From Stylophora pistillata (lineage: Eukaryota), in assembly GCF_002571385.2 (NCBI RefSeq), contig NW_019217902.1:97958-161957 (forward strand): a stretch of 64,000 bases of DNA. The letters run 5' to 3'. The number at the start of each line of letters is the position of its first letter. Position 1 is the first letter of the stretch. The notes beneath the pieces are model-generated. The model saw nothing but the letters and a program-made list of their open reading frames with translations, ran no database searches and was not told the DNA's origin. The translations under genes were made by a program, and so were the position numbers. Below, piece after piece: positions 1 through 13,000 of this stretch.

Positions 1-1
1 G

Positions 2-171
2 GAAGTGACAAGAATATCACTGAGGCCTTCTCTCAACCACGTTTTTGTTCTTACCACACTTTGACCTCATCTGTGATTATTACATAAGACATTAAGAAGT
101 GACAAGAATATCACTGACGCCTTCTCTCAACCACGTTTTTGTTCTTACCACACTTTGACCTCATCTGTGAT
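2..171. repeat. Direct duplication of ~75 bp, period 94
   Basis: gaagtgacaagaatatcactga...ctcatctgtgat occurs at 2 and 96. Confidence 0.85.
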
Positions 172-244
172 CAATTACTGAACAGATGCGTGGCAACACT
201 GACATGGAATCTATTTAACAAACGGTAAACACCACAGCGTACAC

Positions 245-373
245 TATTGAGTTATGGCTGCACGCGGTAGGTTGCTAAGCACGAAAGAAGCGTAAGAGTC
301 GCGCGAGGCGCTGAGAGCGACTCTAGCTTTTTGAGTGCTTAGCAAACCTCCCACGTGCATCCATAACTCAATA
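245..373. mobile_element. Short palindromic MITE-like element
   Basis: tattgagttatggctgcacg...ttgctaagcac pairs with gtgcttagcaa...cgtgcatccataactcaata. Confidence 0.7.
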
Positions 374-461
374 AAAAATCTTCTAGCCACAAGTGAGCCC
401 TAAATCTGCGTTCGATTTCGTATTTCTTATCAATTAAATTTGTTGCATTTTATTGATGTAG

Positions 462-1007
462 AACAACCAGTGGATCTTGTCTTTGCTCTGGGAGGAGCAG
501 GCTCCATCACCTCGGGCACTTTCCAGAAACAGAAGGACTTTGTTAAGCAGTTCCTGGATACATATGGTACCTCTGCTCCTGGTGTACATGTGGCCATTAT
601 TGACTACGCCACAGGCCAAATACTGGCCGACTTTCAGAACTTCGACACAGACAACCTGAAAGACAAGGTCGACAGGCTGCGATTGACACGCGGGGGACGA
701 GTTCAAAGTGCTTTAACGGGCGCAAATAACCAGTTTTTTAAGAATCCTAAGCTGATTAGATCTTATGCAATTAAAGCACTGATTGTTTTGACTGGAGAGA
801 GAACTAATGAAAGAGACGTAACGTTGCGTAATGCAGCGTCACCTTTGAAAAACCAAGGGATTAAGTTTGTAGCAGTGGCCGTCGGCGAGAACCCCGATAA
901 AAGGAAGCTGTTGATCTTTGCTTCTGGAGAAGAATATATTTTTGATTTCGACGACAATAAAGAACTGCCAGCATTGGTGCCAAAAGTATATGAAGTGATT
1001 ATAAAAG
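462..1007 (+). CDS. Exon 1: VWA domain 1 (MIDAS-degenerate)
   Basis: tgtag|AACAACCA acceptor, AAAG|gttggt donor, phase 1-1; EQPVDLVFALGGAGS...VYEVIIK. Confidence 0.85.
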
Positions 1008-4000
1008 GTTGGTTTCAACGACGGTTTGCATTATTCGGTAATTTTCCGTTACCCACTTTTCTTATTGCCGTTAACTGTCGCGTATAAGCCCCCACTTGTA
1101 AGCTCCCCCCGGACTAGGGGCAAATTTACCCGTAACCGAAAAAAAATACATCCGATTATAAACCCCCTCACCCCGATATGCGCGCCCCTTTTGCTCATCT
1201 TGTTTTAAGTATTAGGAGCTCTTCTGTTAATTAGACATTAAAATTTTGATCAGAGGAGAGCAAAGGTGAACTTCAAGGGAAAAGTCTGAACTTCCGTTTC
1301 ATTACGTTCCAATTTTGTTGTCAGATATAATTCTGTTTCAAATGTAATAAAATGAATTCGATTTATTGTTAAGCTTACTAGAAAAACCGGTAAATTCAAA
1401 ACGTATTTCATAAGCATTGTTTTAACTCGATTCGAAGCACTTTTTCTATCCCGGTAGTAAACCCCTCGGATAGAAGCCCTTCAATTATTAAAAGCCCTCC
1501 TTAAACTCTTTAGAAGCCTAAGGCTTGTAAGGGGCAGTCTATGGTATGTTGACAAAGAAATCACGGTGGTGAAATCTAACTGCACTGACATTGCGCTTGT
1601 TCGTGTCTTTCTGTAGATCCGTGCGAGAACAAGGTATGCCAGCACTATGCTCAGTGTGTTTCGTATGCAGATGGCAGGACCCAGTGCGCGTGCGATGAAA
1701 AGTGCGCCAAAATTGAAGATCCTGTATGTGGAACTGATGGTCAGGATTATGCTAACGAGTGTGTTTTGAAGGCGACAGCTTGTCGCCAGAGCAAAGCTGT
1801 GGCAGTGGCTGACAAGAGACCTTGCGGAGGTGAGACAATTGTACCTTTTACTTTTGGTGCTATCATGTAACCCATAAGTGCAAGTCAGCAATATATCTAG
1901 CCCCCCGTATCTTTGATCCCCAAGTGTCTAAACCCTCCCCCCCTGGTATCGCGAATCCCCCTCTTGTTTCTTGAGCCCCTTAAGTTTTAGGATCCCCCTT
2001 ATTTCGAACTCCCGATTTCGAACCCCAGGTATTGCCGCGACCTGCTAGTTTCTCAAACTCCGTAGTATCTCGAGCCCCGCATATAGTGAACTTCATGTCT
2101 CGTAGGCGTGGTCAGTTAATTAAATATGTCACGAAGAGAAACTGTAGCATTTCCCAATTCAGCATCTGACAGCACTGAGGCTTTATGCCCTGTGGAGTGA
2201 ACGGCTAAAATGAGGCATTACAGGATACAAGTTATACAAGAAACTCATAACCGACTTCGACGCTATGTACGTCTGGTTATATTATGTAACTGTCCACGGG
2301 ATAACATATTGGTCTTAATCTAGTAGAGATTCCTACTGAAATATTTGAACAGCGACTTATGGTACTTTCGTCTTACTTTTTAGCCTGTGTTCACGCTATG
2401 GACATCGGTGTAGTTTTGGATTCCTCTCGAAGTGTTGGTTGGACAAATTACGAGACCCTCAAACGCTCCCTTGCCAAACTGATCGACTACTTCCACGTTT
2501 CTAAAGACGGCACTCACTTTGGCCTTCTTCACTACAATCAGGACGCGTTCATGGACTTCGATTTTGCCAATTCTGCCTTGCATAACCCGCAGCCGCTGAA
2601 GGAGAAGATCTTGTCAGTAAAATACGATCCTGGGCGTACGCGCACAGACAAAGCAATCAAGATGGCAAACGAGAGACTGTTTACAGAAGAAGGCGGAGCG
2701 AGAAAGGGCGTGCCCAAGCTTCTGATTGTGATCACAGATGGAAAAACCAGTGATGATTCAGCTCCCTACTCGACAGTTTTGGCTCCATTAAAGGTCTGCT
2801 GAATTTGTTGCTAGAAGGGCTTTCTGATTTTGGACCGAAAAAAACCAAATCCAAAAAGCTGCTAGTAGAGCAATTTCAAATTGAGTCTCTAAAGTAACCC
2901 CAGATTGCATTGGTTTTGCTTTACTTCGCTCTGTGATTGGTACAGAAAACGTGCGCCTCTCTCAGCCAATCAGATACAAAGCTACGACCGATCTCAACTT
3001 GGTCGTCTGCATATTCCCGCGCTTTAGGCAGATTGTTTGTCGATACTTTGATTTCTCATTGGCTCATAAACGTATTATCCTTTCTTCTGATTGGCCGTTG
3101 TGACCCATTTGGTTTTGGTTTTACGGGACTCAACTTGACCAAGAGCTTTCTTCCTTTTTTTTGACAGTTTCGACTGCTGGCAGCCATCTTTTTCAAAACT
3201 TAGATATCGTCTTAAGGTCTTTACTGGGATATTGAAGTTCAGGCTTACAAAGCGATAGCATTCAATCTCGTAGAGTCTTGTCATTTCAGCACGCAAAGTC
3301 GCTGTGTTAAAAGGGTTCTCATTATCATTTATTTACTTTTAATCTATTCTTCATTTAATCTTACTTTTCTTTACGCTGATTAGCAATGAAAGTATTTTAT
3401 GATTGTGCTTTCAAAAGATTCTTGCGAAAAATCAAAAGGCGGTCGATTGCAAGTTTATCAGACCCGGGTATATCATATGACTGGCTCGCGCTAATATTGG
3501 ATAAAAATAGCGAGATAGTCGACAGAGCTGAATAATGAAATGCTACGTCAGAGGGTATGCGGTCAACAACGCGGGCTCAAGTGTCCTAGGTCTAAAATTT
3601 AGCGAAATTAGAGGAAAATGATAAGGGCTGACTTTTAAAACCGAGGAACTCTGTTTTCGTCGAAGGCATTTTCCTATTTCCAGAGGTTTTAAGGAGAAGA
3701 TTAATTTTAAAAATTTTTAGGGGATGTACCAAATTTTTGGAGGTTGTTCTGTAAAAGAAAAGCGGCAAGGAAAACGACGCGTCGAAGCAACAGAATAGGA
3801 AACCAACCATGCGAACGACTCAAAATCCGTGTTTCCGCGGCAAAACCTAGCGCATGCGTATACGTCATTCAGCTCTGCTGAGATAGTCTATGTTAACTCT
3901 TTGATCCTTAAGAGTGACTAGCATCTAATTTCTCTTTACAATATCACCCCTGAATCACACATTAAGGTCAGGAGAATAAAGGAAATGAGCACCAACTTAA

Positions 4001-7000
4001 GAAGTTCTCGATTGTTAAACAAATTCTCCTTGTCAGCACCTCGGGAAATGTATGAAAAACAGTATGGAGAATATGCATACTGATGTTAAGGTGTAAAGAG
4101 TTAGTTTAGGTCACTGAATATGAGTGTCATTTCCATTGTAGACCAAAGGAGTGCAGGTTATGGCTGTTGGTGTAGGGGCTGGAGCTGATGAGAGTGAACT
4201 GCGGACTATTGCCATGGGGAATTCTGCAAACGTTCTGAAGATGGGTTCATTTGGACAGCTTGTCGGAAGTTTGAGAACAGTAACCGAGAATTTATGTCAA
4301 GGTATGGATTTTTTCTTTTTTGAACTTTATTTTTTATTTAGACACGGTAAATCTATCAGATAAAATAATAATATTATTACAATCTATTATTACAATTACA
4401 ATCTACTTTAATTTATGTAAACATGATCTAAAATGTAAAAGTGAAATAGAAAAAAATAAAGAAATTCTGCTTTACATAGATGCCGTGTGCGTTTTGTCGA
4501 TTCAGACGAAGAAATTGCGACAACCATTTCGAAAGGATGAATCTTGTTTGAAAGACTTGCATAGGAAAACAATAGGCACTCGGGAATTTTGTGCGACCGC
4601 AATAACAAAAGCAACAAGAAACTGGCCATTACTAACACCATAACAGTGAGAACAAAAGTACCAATAAGATCAAGAGACAAACTAATAAGAAAACAGAAAT
4701 CGAGCCTAAAAAAGAAAAAGGCATTGGTTACTGAGTTTGTAACGGTTTTGTGACTGTCTTCTTCGAGCTGGATTTATTCCTGGTTTCAGAAAAAATTCTT
4801 GGTCCTCAGCTAGCAAGACATTCTGTGAAGGCCATCGCAGTTCTAAGATGCATCTGTTGTAAAACTAGTGTAACTGTGAAGCTTTACATAAATTCTGTAA
4901 CTTTCAAAAAAAGGGGGGTTTTCCCCTGGTCTCATTTTGAAAGGGTTGGGTCGGAGTGTCCTATTCGACTATTAATTGAGGTTATCACTGAAGTGACATG
5001 GTTTAGTGCACACTACAAGCGTCTCCTTTTTTTCGTCGAAGTCTGTCGCGCCGGTCAAAAAAAAAAAAAAAGGAAAGTCACTGCTGCGCAGAACTAAGGG
5101 AGTGGGCGCTGAAGTCTGGCGCGCTAATATTGGTTTTTGGTTTCGCCAATTTTTTTTTTAAATTGCTTGACGGATTTTGCCGAAAAGGAAGGACTGCTTG
5201 TAGTATAGGCCTTGTGGTGTTTCAATAACGACAACAAACACACTCACTAGTGTCGCTTTTCTCAATCTCCTTAGGCATTGAACCTTTGAACTTAGTGTTT
5301 GCCATCAATGCAAACGGACAAAATTCTAAGAATTACTTCGGCCTCATGACCGACACAATCAACTCAATCATCGACTCTTACGGACAGCGAAAAATCAGAT
5401 ATGGTCTCATTGTCTATGGCAGCAAAGCGGTGCCGCGAATCCAATTGACAGAGATCTTTAATAGCAAAGAGCAACTAAAAAACTACGTGAAAATGGTACA
5501 GCGGAGTCAAGGTGGGGCTGACTTAGCAGCCGCTCTCGAGAGCGCAAAGGTCATGTTTAGCGGTGAGATACCGGAACGTCGCAATGTGTTGGTGGTTCTG
5601 ACCGATAGCAAAGCGACAGGGGACAGAGCCAAAATTCAACCACTTGCAGATGAATTGCATGAGATGCGGGTCAAGGTTATAACTGTGGCTATGGGGAAGG
5701 AGTCAGACAAGAGTGAATTACGGCCTTTATCGCCCATGAAAGATAACAGTCTTAAGGAAGACCCCAAAGAGAGCCCTAAACAACTTGGTAACAGGATCAT
5801 GATAGAAGCTATTAAAGGTGAGCAACTTGCTTAAGGAAACTTTTTGCTCTTAATCTGTCCACGGGGGTAGACTGTTTTCAAGGTATCCCTGTAATTACAT
5901 GACGCCAAATGCAATTAAGGTAAGGTCAAAATGAAGTCACTGCAGTGGGGCTGCTAAGAAGGTTTGCAAGGGAATTGTGCTTCTGGGCTTTTGCTCAGTT
6001 TGCTTTACTGCTTTGTCAGTTTTGTCTCCTTCACCTATCCCTTACCCCTACCCCACTACAAGTTAGCTTGTGTCCACTCCACACACCAATATTTTGGTGT
6101 TGTGTTGACAGGTGTGCGAATCGGTTGCCATGGTTACCCCGTTGTTGCCAAGGAGATTACTGCCTTCTCCTGTCGAGGGAACCTACCCTCCTTTGCTATT
6201 GATGATGCGATTAAACCTGGATATCTTTTGCCTGAGGAACTGTATTACTAGGGGTTAACCCAGGGGTTTGAAATGACAGGACTCCTTTCTAGTTTAACCT
6301 CGCAAAATGAATTTTCTTCTGTCTTTTAATTATGATCAGAAATGAAGTATGTGCCTTTGGTGGACCTTGGCTTCGCTTTGAGTGTCTCTTCTTCAGATGC
6401 CAGTAAGAACTTCGACAAGATGAAATCCGTCATCGATTCCATTATTGACCAGTACAGCATCATCCGAATCAGATATGCGGTGGAAGTGTTTGGTAACGAC
6501 ACCAATACTGCCCTTGAATTTCATCAGAGTTTTACCAAAGGAAATGATTTGAAACGGTATCTTACTACAGTCATCCCTGTTTCCGGGGGGTCACGTTTAG
6601 ACATAGGACTAAAGGAGGGGGGAGACCTGTTTGAATCGGAAGGCACTCGTCCAAATGCACACAAAGTCCTTGTCGTTATCACCGACAAAAAATCGACAGG
6701 AGATGATCAGGCAGCAGAAACCGCCGCTAAAGAACTTCTAGAGCAGGGTATCAAAGTCATTGCCATCGGGTTGGGCAGCGAAAGCGACATAACGGAGCTT
6801 AAGTATATAGCAACAGATGTACGCCATGTTATCCCGGCCAAGATCACGGATGACTCAGATGAATTGAGTATGGAGGTCATGACTCTTGCTTTCAAAGGTA
6901 ATGTGTCCGGGGTCAATTGTTTTGGAAAGAATGGACAAGGTGTTAACAGTTCGATATTTTACTCCCAAGCTTTTCTTTTGTAAATCAGAATCAGAGTAAC

Positions 7001-10000
7001 TTCGCTTCACTGCAGACAGTTACGTATTAAAGACCATACTTACTGTCTGTCTCTATCTCCGTATATCTGTCTGTCTATCTGTCTGTCTGGTTATCAACCT
7101 ATCTATCTGTCCATCTGTTTGCCTATCTATTTTTTTTCTGTCTGTCTGTTTGTCTTTCTGCCTATTCGTCTGTCGGTCAGCCCGTTTGTTTTTTTTTTGG
7201 TTAGCTTTGACTCTCAATCATGCGGTTGGACTAAGACAGATAGACAGGGAGACAGACAGAAAACAGATAGGTAGACAGATAAGCAGACAGACAGACAGAC
7301 AGATAGGCAGATAGATAAGCAGACAGACAGACAGACAGGCAGATAGATAAGCAGACAGACAGACAGACAGATAGGCAGATAGATAAGCAGACAGATAGAC
7401 AGACAGGCAGATAGATAAGCAGACAGACAGACAGACAGATAGGCAGATAGATAAGCAGACAGACAGACAGACAGATAGGCAGATAGATAAGCAGACAGAT
7501 AGACAGACAGGCAGATAGATAAGGAGACAGACAGACAGGCAGGCAGATAGATAGCTAGAAATAAAGATAGACAGACAGACAAGATGATTTGGTTTTATCA
7601 GCTGAATTGATAATGCTAATTTGCCTCCGATAAGGGTTTCTAAAGCTAGACAGATAGACAGACAGACAAATAGAGAGCTGGACAGGAAGATAGATGGTAT
7701 GGTAGAAAGATTGGCGGAGAGACTACCAGAGTGTTCTTTTTTATCGAGGTGTAAGTTCAAAACCAAATGGGAGACTAGTAAGAAGAAAACTACAACTGCA
7801 TGGTTTTACTTGCTTTAAAAAGCTTTTATTAGTGCTCGGAAAGTTAAAGATTTTCATATTCTATGTTAATTTCTCTTCAAAGAAATCCCAAATGTACCGA
7901 CCTTGGACGTGGCCTTCGCCATAAGCGCCACAGCCATGGATGCAGATACTAACTTCAAACTGATGAAAGACACCATCACAGCCTTTGCTGATATGTACGG
8001 CATGTCAAAGATTAACTATGCAGTCGTGGCTTACGGCGAAAAACCAACCAAGTGGTTTGACTTTCAAAGCCAACCATCCGATTTTGATGCTCTCAAGCGG
8101 ATAGTTGTCGCAATCACCCGAGAGACAGGGATAGTGGCATTGGACAAGAGCTTAGAAGAAGCAAGGAGACTTTTTGATGCAGCCAGACCGCAGGCTCGCA
8201 AGGTAGAAACATGTGACACAAAGAACAGTATCCTGTTCCTTTCGCGCATATTATATTTTAAGGAAACGTGCGCGTAGTTTTTGTCGCCGTACGGTAGGCT
8301 CACGGGAATCACTATCAAAACATTCTCGTCTGGAGTTTATTATTATTGCTATTTTTTTCGCAGAGGGGTTGGGGGCCTTGCCCTCTTAGGGATCAAAATT
8401 TGGTTGAAAGCCACCAATAAGAAACAGTTTCGTCTATGCCAAGATTGGAAGATTAACTAATCGGTTAAACTTCAGAATGAAGATGTGTGCTTGTACTTGT
8501 GTGTATGACGTCGCAGACTTAAGGTACTTGTACCCTAGGTAACGGTCTTTTTAAGGGATCTGGGAAATTGTTGATGCTCTCCTCTAAACCGCGATAATCT
8601 TTCTTTCCCACCTTACGTTTGAGACGTCATACACCTGAAGTCTGGCGAGAATTGAGTCTAATGCACTTTGTACCATGAAGAGGATGAGAATGGGATGGGT
8701 GTGTCAACGACTAATTCATTGATTGTAACAATGGAACACTTAAGGTTACCTGTTTGTTTTTCTGTCAGGTCCTGGTTGTAATCACGGACAGAAAATCTGG
8801 CTCAACAGTTGGTGACATCAGGACAGCAGCCCAGCCCCTGAAGCATATTGGGGTAACAGTGATTCCGGTGGCGATCGGTGCAGATGCCGATACGAAAGAA
8901 TTGGAAATTATAACTCCTGACAAAGAAAACATCATACAGCCAAAAGATGGAACCTCGGCGACTGAATTGGCCAGGATGATCATGGAGATGATCCGCACAG
9001 GTAACAGCAGATAGTTTATTAAATTAAGAACGCTTTCGATCGATTTTATTCCGCACAACGGTGAATCAGTACAAATGCAAACATTCAAAAACAACTTGAA
9101 CATAAGTGCATGTAAACGGCCGAAGCACGAGCGAATGTGAGTTACCAATCACGATTGGTTTTAGTTTTGCATCTGATTAATTGAGAGGATGGAGCGATAT
9201 TCCCGACCAAACTAAAGAGGACCAACTTCATCCTATTCTCCTACGCAACCGTTCTTTGGTATGTAACGCAACGCTCTCCCTACTTGTTCGCGTGACATAC
9301 CATATTTATCCGCGATGGTCTGAGTCTCCTTTCCAGCTGTTGTTTGGACTGTCGCGAAACTCGCCCTTCCCCCCGAATAGTAATGGAGGTAGAGGGAGGA
9401 ATCGTTGCATTGCATTCTAAAGAAAGGGCTCGGGCGTGCCTTGGAAGTTAAAGAATGACGGAAACCATAGGCCCCTTCTCCCTCCCCCTCTTAGATCTCT
9501 CCGACCCTCCTGTCCCTACCCTTTTGAGAACATCGTCTCAAAGCATGGATTTAGATCGTAATTATCAAGTCAAACCATGGCGTATGTTAATTTTTTTATT
9601 GTTTAGTTCAAGCTATTCCTGAGGTTGATCTTGGTTTTGCGCTGAGTGCAGCCAGTACACTCTATAACGAAACATTTCAGCTGATGAAGGATGTCATAAA
9701 CTACATCATCGTCACCTATGGCACCCAGAAAATACACTATAGCGTCATTGTGTACAGTGACACTGCATCAATAGAAATCAAGTTTGGGCAGACACCTCCG
9801 TCTCCACAGCAACTCAAGACTGCAATAGAAAACCTCGATATTGGCTCAGGGACACCAGACTTAGCAGCCGCGCTGGAGAAAGCGGCAGAGATGTTTGATG
9901 ACGATACAAGGAGACCTTTAACTCGTAAAGTTCTCGTGATTATGGCAGATAGTATTTCTGGGTCTGCTGTCGATGACGTTAAAGCAGCAGTCAAGCCTCT

Positions 10001-13000
10001 TGTGGATATGGATGTTTTGATTATACCTGTTGTGGTCGGTGAGGAAGGAGATCCTGATGAGCTTGATAACACGACACCTGACAAGAGGAATGTTATTGAG
10101 ACTGGAAAAGAAATGGATCCTGAGGTGATAGGAGAGAAGATCATGGACAAGATTCGAGGTAGAAAAGACATGTATTGTTTCCTTAGATCCATTAGAAGAA
10201 CGCGCACGCGATTAGGAAAGAGGAAGAACAACTGCCGGCCATCCACCGTATCAACAAGGAATACGTTGTCAACTGCAGGTGTTAAGTCGTTTGGTACCAT
10301 ACGCATTTAGTTCCTTGAATGTGCGTCCCCGGTAGAATATCACATCTAGCGGTGAAGGGCTAAAATAAGTCTTCAATGGGCAGCATTTTCGTTCAGCCTT
10401 TCTTTTCCTTCATTTTTTTTTCAGATTTTTTTCTGACCATCCTTTCTTCTTCCATTCCTTTTCCCTCATTCCCCCTCCTCTCCTCCCTCCTTCCCCCTCC
10501 CTCCTTCTCCCCCCTCCCCCCACTCAAAAAAAGATAATAATGATTGATGAACCCTTTTACTCTCGAGATTTGAAATCTAAATCTACTTCTGGGTGACAAA
10601 GCATTTCTTTGTAGATGATAACTGAAAATTTTGCGTTATAATCAAACAGTATCTCCTAGTTTGGTGTATCGTGATAGCACTCTTTAGTAGGATAGACTCA
10701 TTATAGACTCTTTTGTTTTGGACAACTGCTTTCCTATGTATTGTCGGAAGTAGATTACTGGCGCAATGCGCAAATGAACTACGCCAAGAACATTTTTGAT
10801 CATTGTGTGCATAGACAAGTGTGGGTTTGGCTCCTAAGCTTAATTGTGAATTTACTATGCTTAAGAGAGAGTTGTTAAATGTAAAATTTTTAGTTGCCTC
10901 TTTGATGGAAACATTGTTAAATTGTTTTGACAGATGGGCCTTCAGTCTCAGAGGTTGACCTCGCCTTCGCTATTAGCGCCACCGCATCAGACGCGGATGA
11001 GACATTCAGGCGTATCAAAGAAACAACAAAGTATATTGTGAATAAATATGGAACGGACAAGATTCATCATGGTCTGTTGGTGTTCGGCAATGTACCCAGC
11101 CGTACAAGGGACTTCAGGCGAGAGGCCCTCACCAGAGAAGAAATGATACAACTTCTAGATTCTGTACCAAGGAGTTCAACAGGTGACATGTTAAAAAATG
11201 AAGACGCATTAGCGTGCTGATGTGTTGGATCATAGACATCTTGTATGCCCCAGGGTCTTAACCCCCTGGGATCTTGAACTCTTGCTATTTTAAACCCCTT
11301 GGTACCTCGAACCCCCCGGCAGTTTGAACCCCCCTAGGATCTCGAACTTCGGGTCTTTTTAACCCCCTGGGATCTCGACCGCGATGAATTTTTAACCTCC
11401 CATCCCCACCTATTGTATCTGACTTATTTTAAACAACGTTCTCCGTAAATGAGAGCGTGGTACTACAAATTCCATATGATTTGCATCGTTGAAACACTTA
11501 CTTTTTTTTCTGGGCGATTTGTCTATTATTTTGCATTTACGCATCGTAAAGGTATACTTTTCTCGTCTCTACTCAGGGCCTGACCTTCAGAAAGCTTTAG
11601 AGGAATCAGTGAAGTTATTCGAAGGACATGGAGCTCGACCAACAGCTCGGAAAATTCTGGTCGTGATAATGGATAAGAGGTCTGGTGTCGACGAAACAAA
11701 GTTGCGCGAGATTTCGAATACTTTGTATTTGCGGTTTATTGATGTTATCCCTGTTGCTATGGGAATGGAGGCTGACAAGAGAGAATTGACATTGGTTACA
11801 TCAGATAACAGTAGTCTAATTGAGGTTCGAAAAGTATTTAAACCAGACAAACTTGGAGAAGCAATAATGTGGAAGATTTTCAAAGGTATGCCAGGGCTTG
11901 TTTGCGTTTTGATGCAAACAGTCACGTGGATGTTAGTTTGGACTTCGATCCAATTTTTAATTTTTTTTGTCTGTACCGGTGAAAATATGGGCTATTTTTT
12001 GGGGGGTTCACCAAGTATTTCAATTAAAACTGGGTGAAATTCCTGTCGCGAATTAGCTATTTCTCACGATTTTGTCTTGGGCATTGTTTGAAGGCCACTG
12101 AGCACTCGCTGAAAATAAGAGTAATTGTGATATTTATTTACGGTCAGCGGTTATGGGTGAAAGCGACTTCATTTGGGTAGTTGTGAGATTTTGTGACACC
12201 ATCCAAGACACCCGATGTATATGGACTAAATAGATGGCCAAGCACATCAACGAGTTCTCCAAAGCTCAGCAGTAAAGCATCGGCGTACAAATCCGAAGGT
12301 CTGGGGTTTGAATCTTAGTTGGAGATTTAGAATTTCCTTTTCCCCACGCTTTTGAAAAAAAGTCTGTACTCGAGCAAAGAGGCCCACCAAGCCCATCCCG
12401 GTTTCCTTATGAAGCAACTACGAGTATTACTGCTCTCCCCTGAGTGGGGTGCTAGTCCATCACAAGGCGATCCCCTGCCCCCCCTCCCCCAGCATTTCAT
12501 CAGGCTTCCCTGACAATTTTCCAATACCAACTTATACACCAGGGTGGAGAGAGGCACTGACGAAGTCTGACAGGTCTCGAGGCGGAGTTCGGCGCACTAA
12601 CCAAAAGGTCACCGCGACTCCCTTTGAAAAAAAAACAAAACAACAACAACAAAAGCAAAAGTAATCGTAAATATTTTTTCCATTTCAGTACGCATTGTAC
12701 CGGACGTGGACGTGATTTTTGCTGTGAGCGCCACCGCAAGAAACGCAGCGCAAACTTTGCGCACGATGAAAGATACTCTGAAGTATGTGCTTAATGTTTA
12801 TGGCGTGGGAAGCATTCGTTATGCTATGCTGTCATTCGGTAGGGATGCTACTGTCATGGAAAGATTCAACAGCGAGGACCCGTCTGTGGAGAATCTTCTA
12901 CGACTCGTGCAAAGTTTGCCTGCAAGTCAAGGGCTTCCTGTTTTTGAGCGAGCTCTGAGAACGGCCAAAAATATTTTTGAAGGGGCGGATGTCCGGCCGA

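Noticed and set aside
1890-2100. Degenerate 'tctcgaacccc' short repeats (also ~11250-11400) as a splicing selector motif
   Set aside because: Seen in only two introns and resembling decayed transposon sub-terminal repeats; not repeated before each exon.
7214-7766. ORFs with repetitive CLSV/YLSA translation
   Set aside because: Translation of the GACA/GATA microsatellite.
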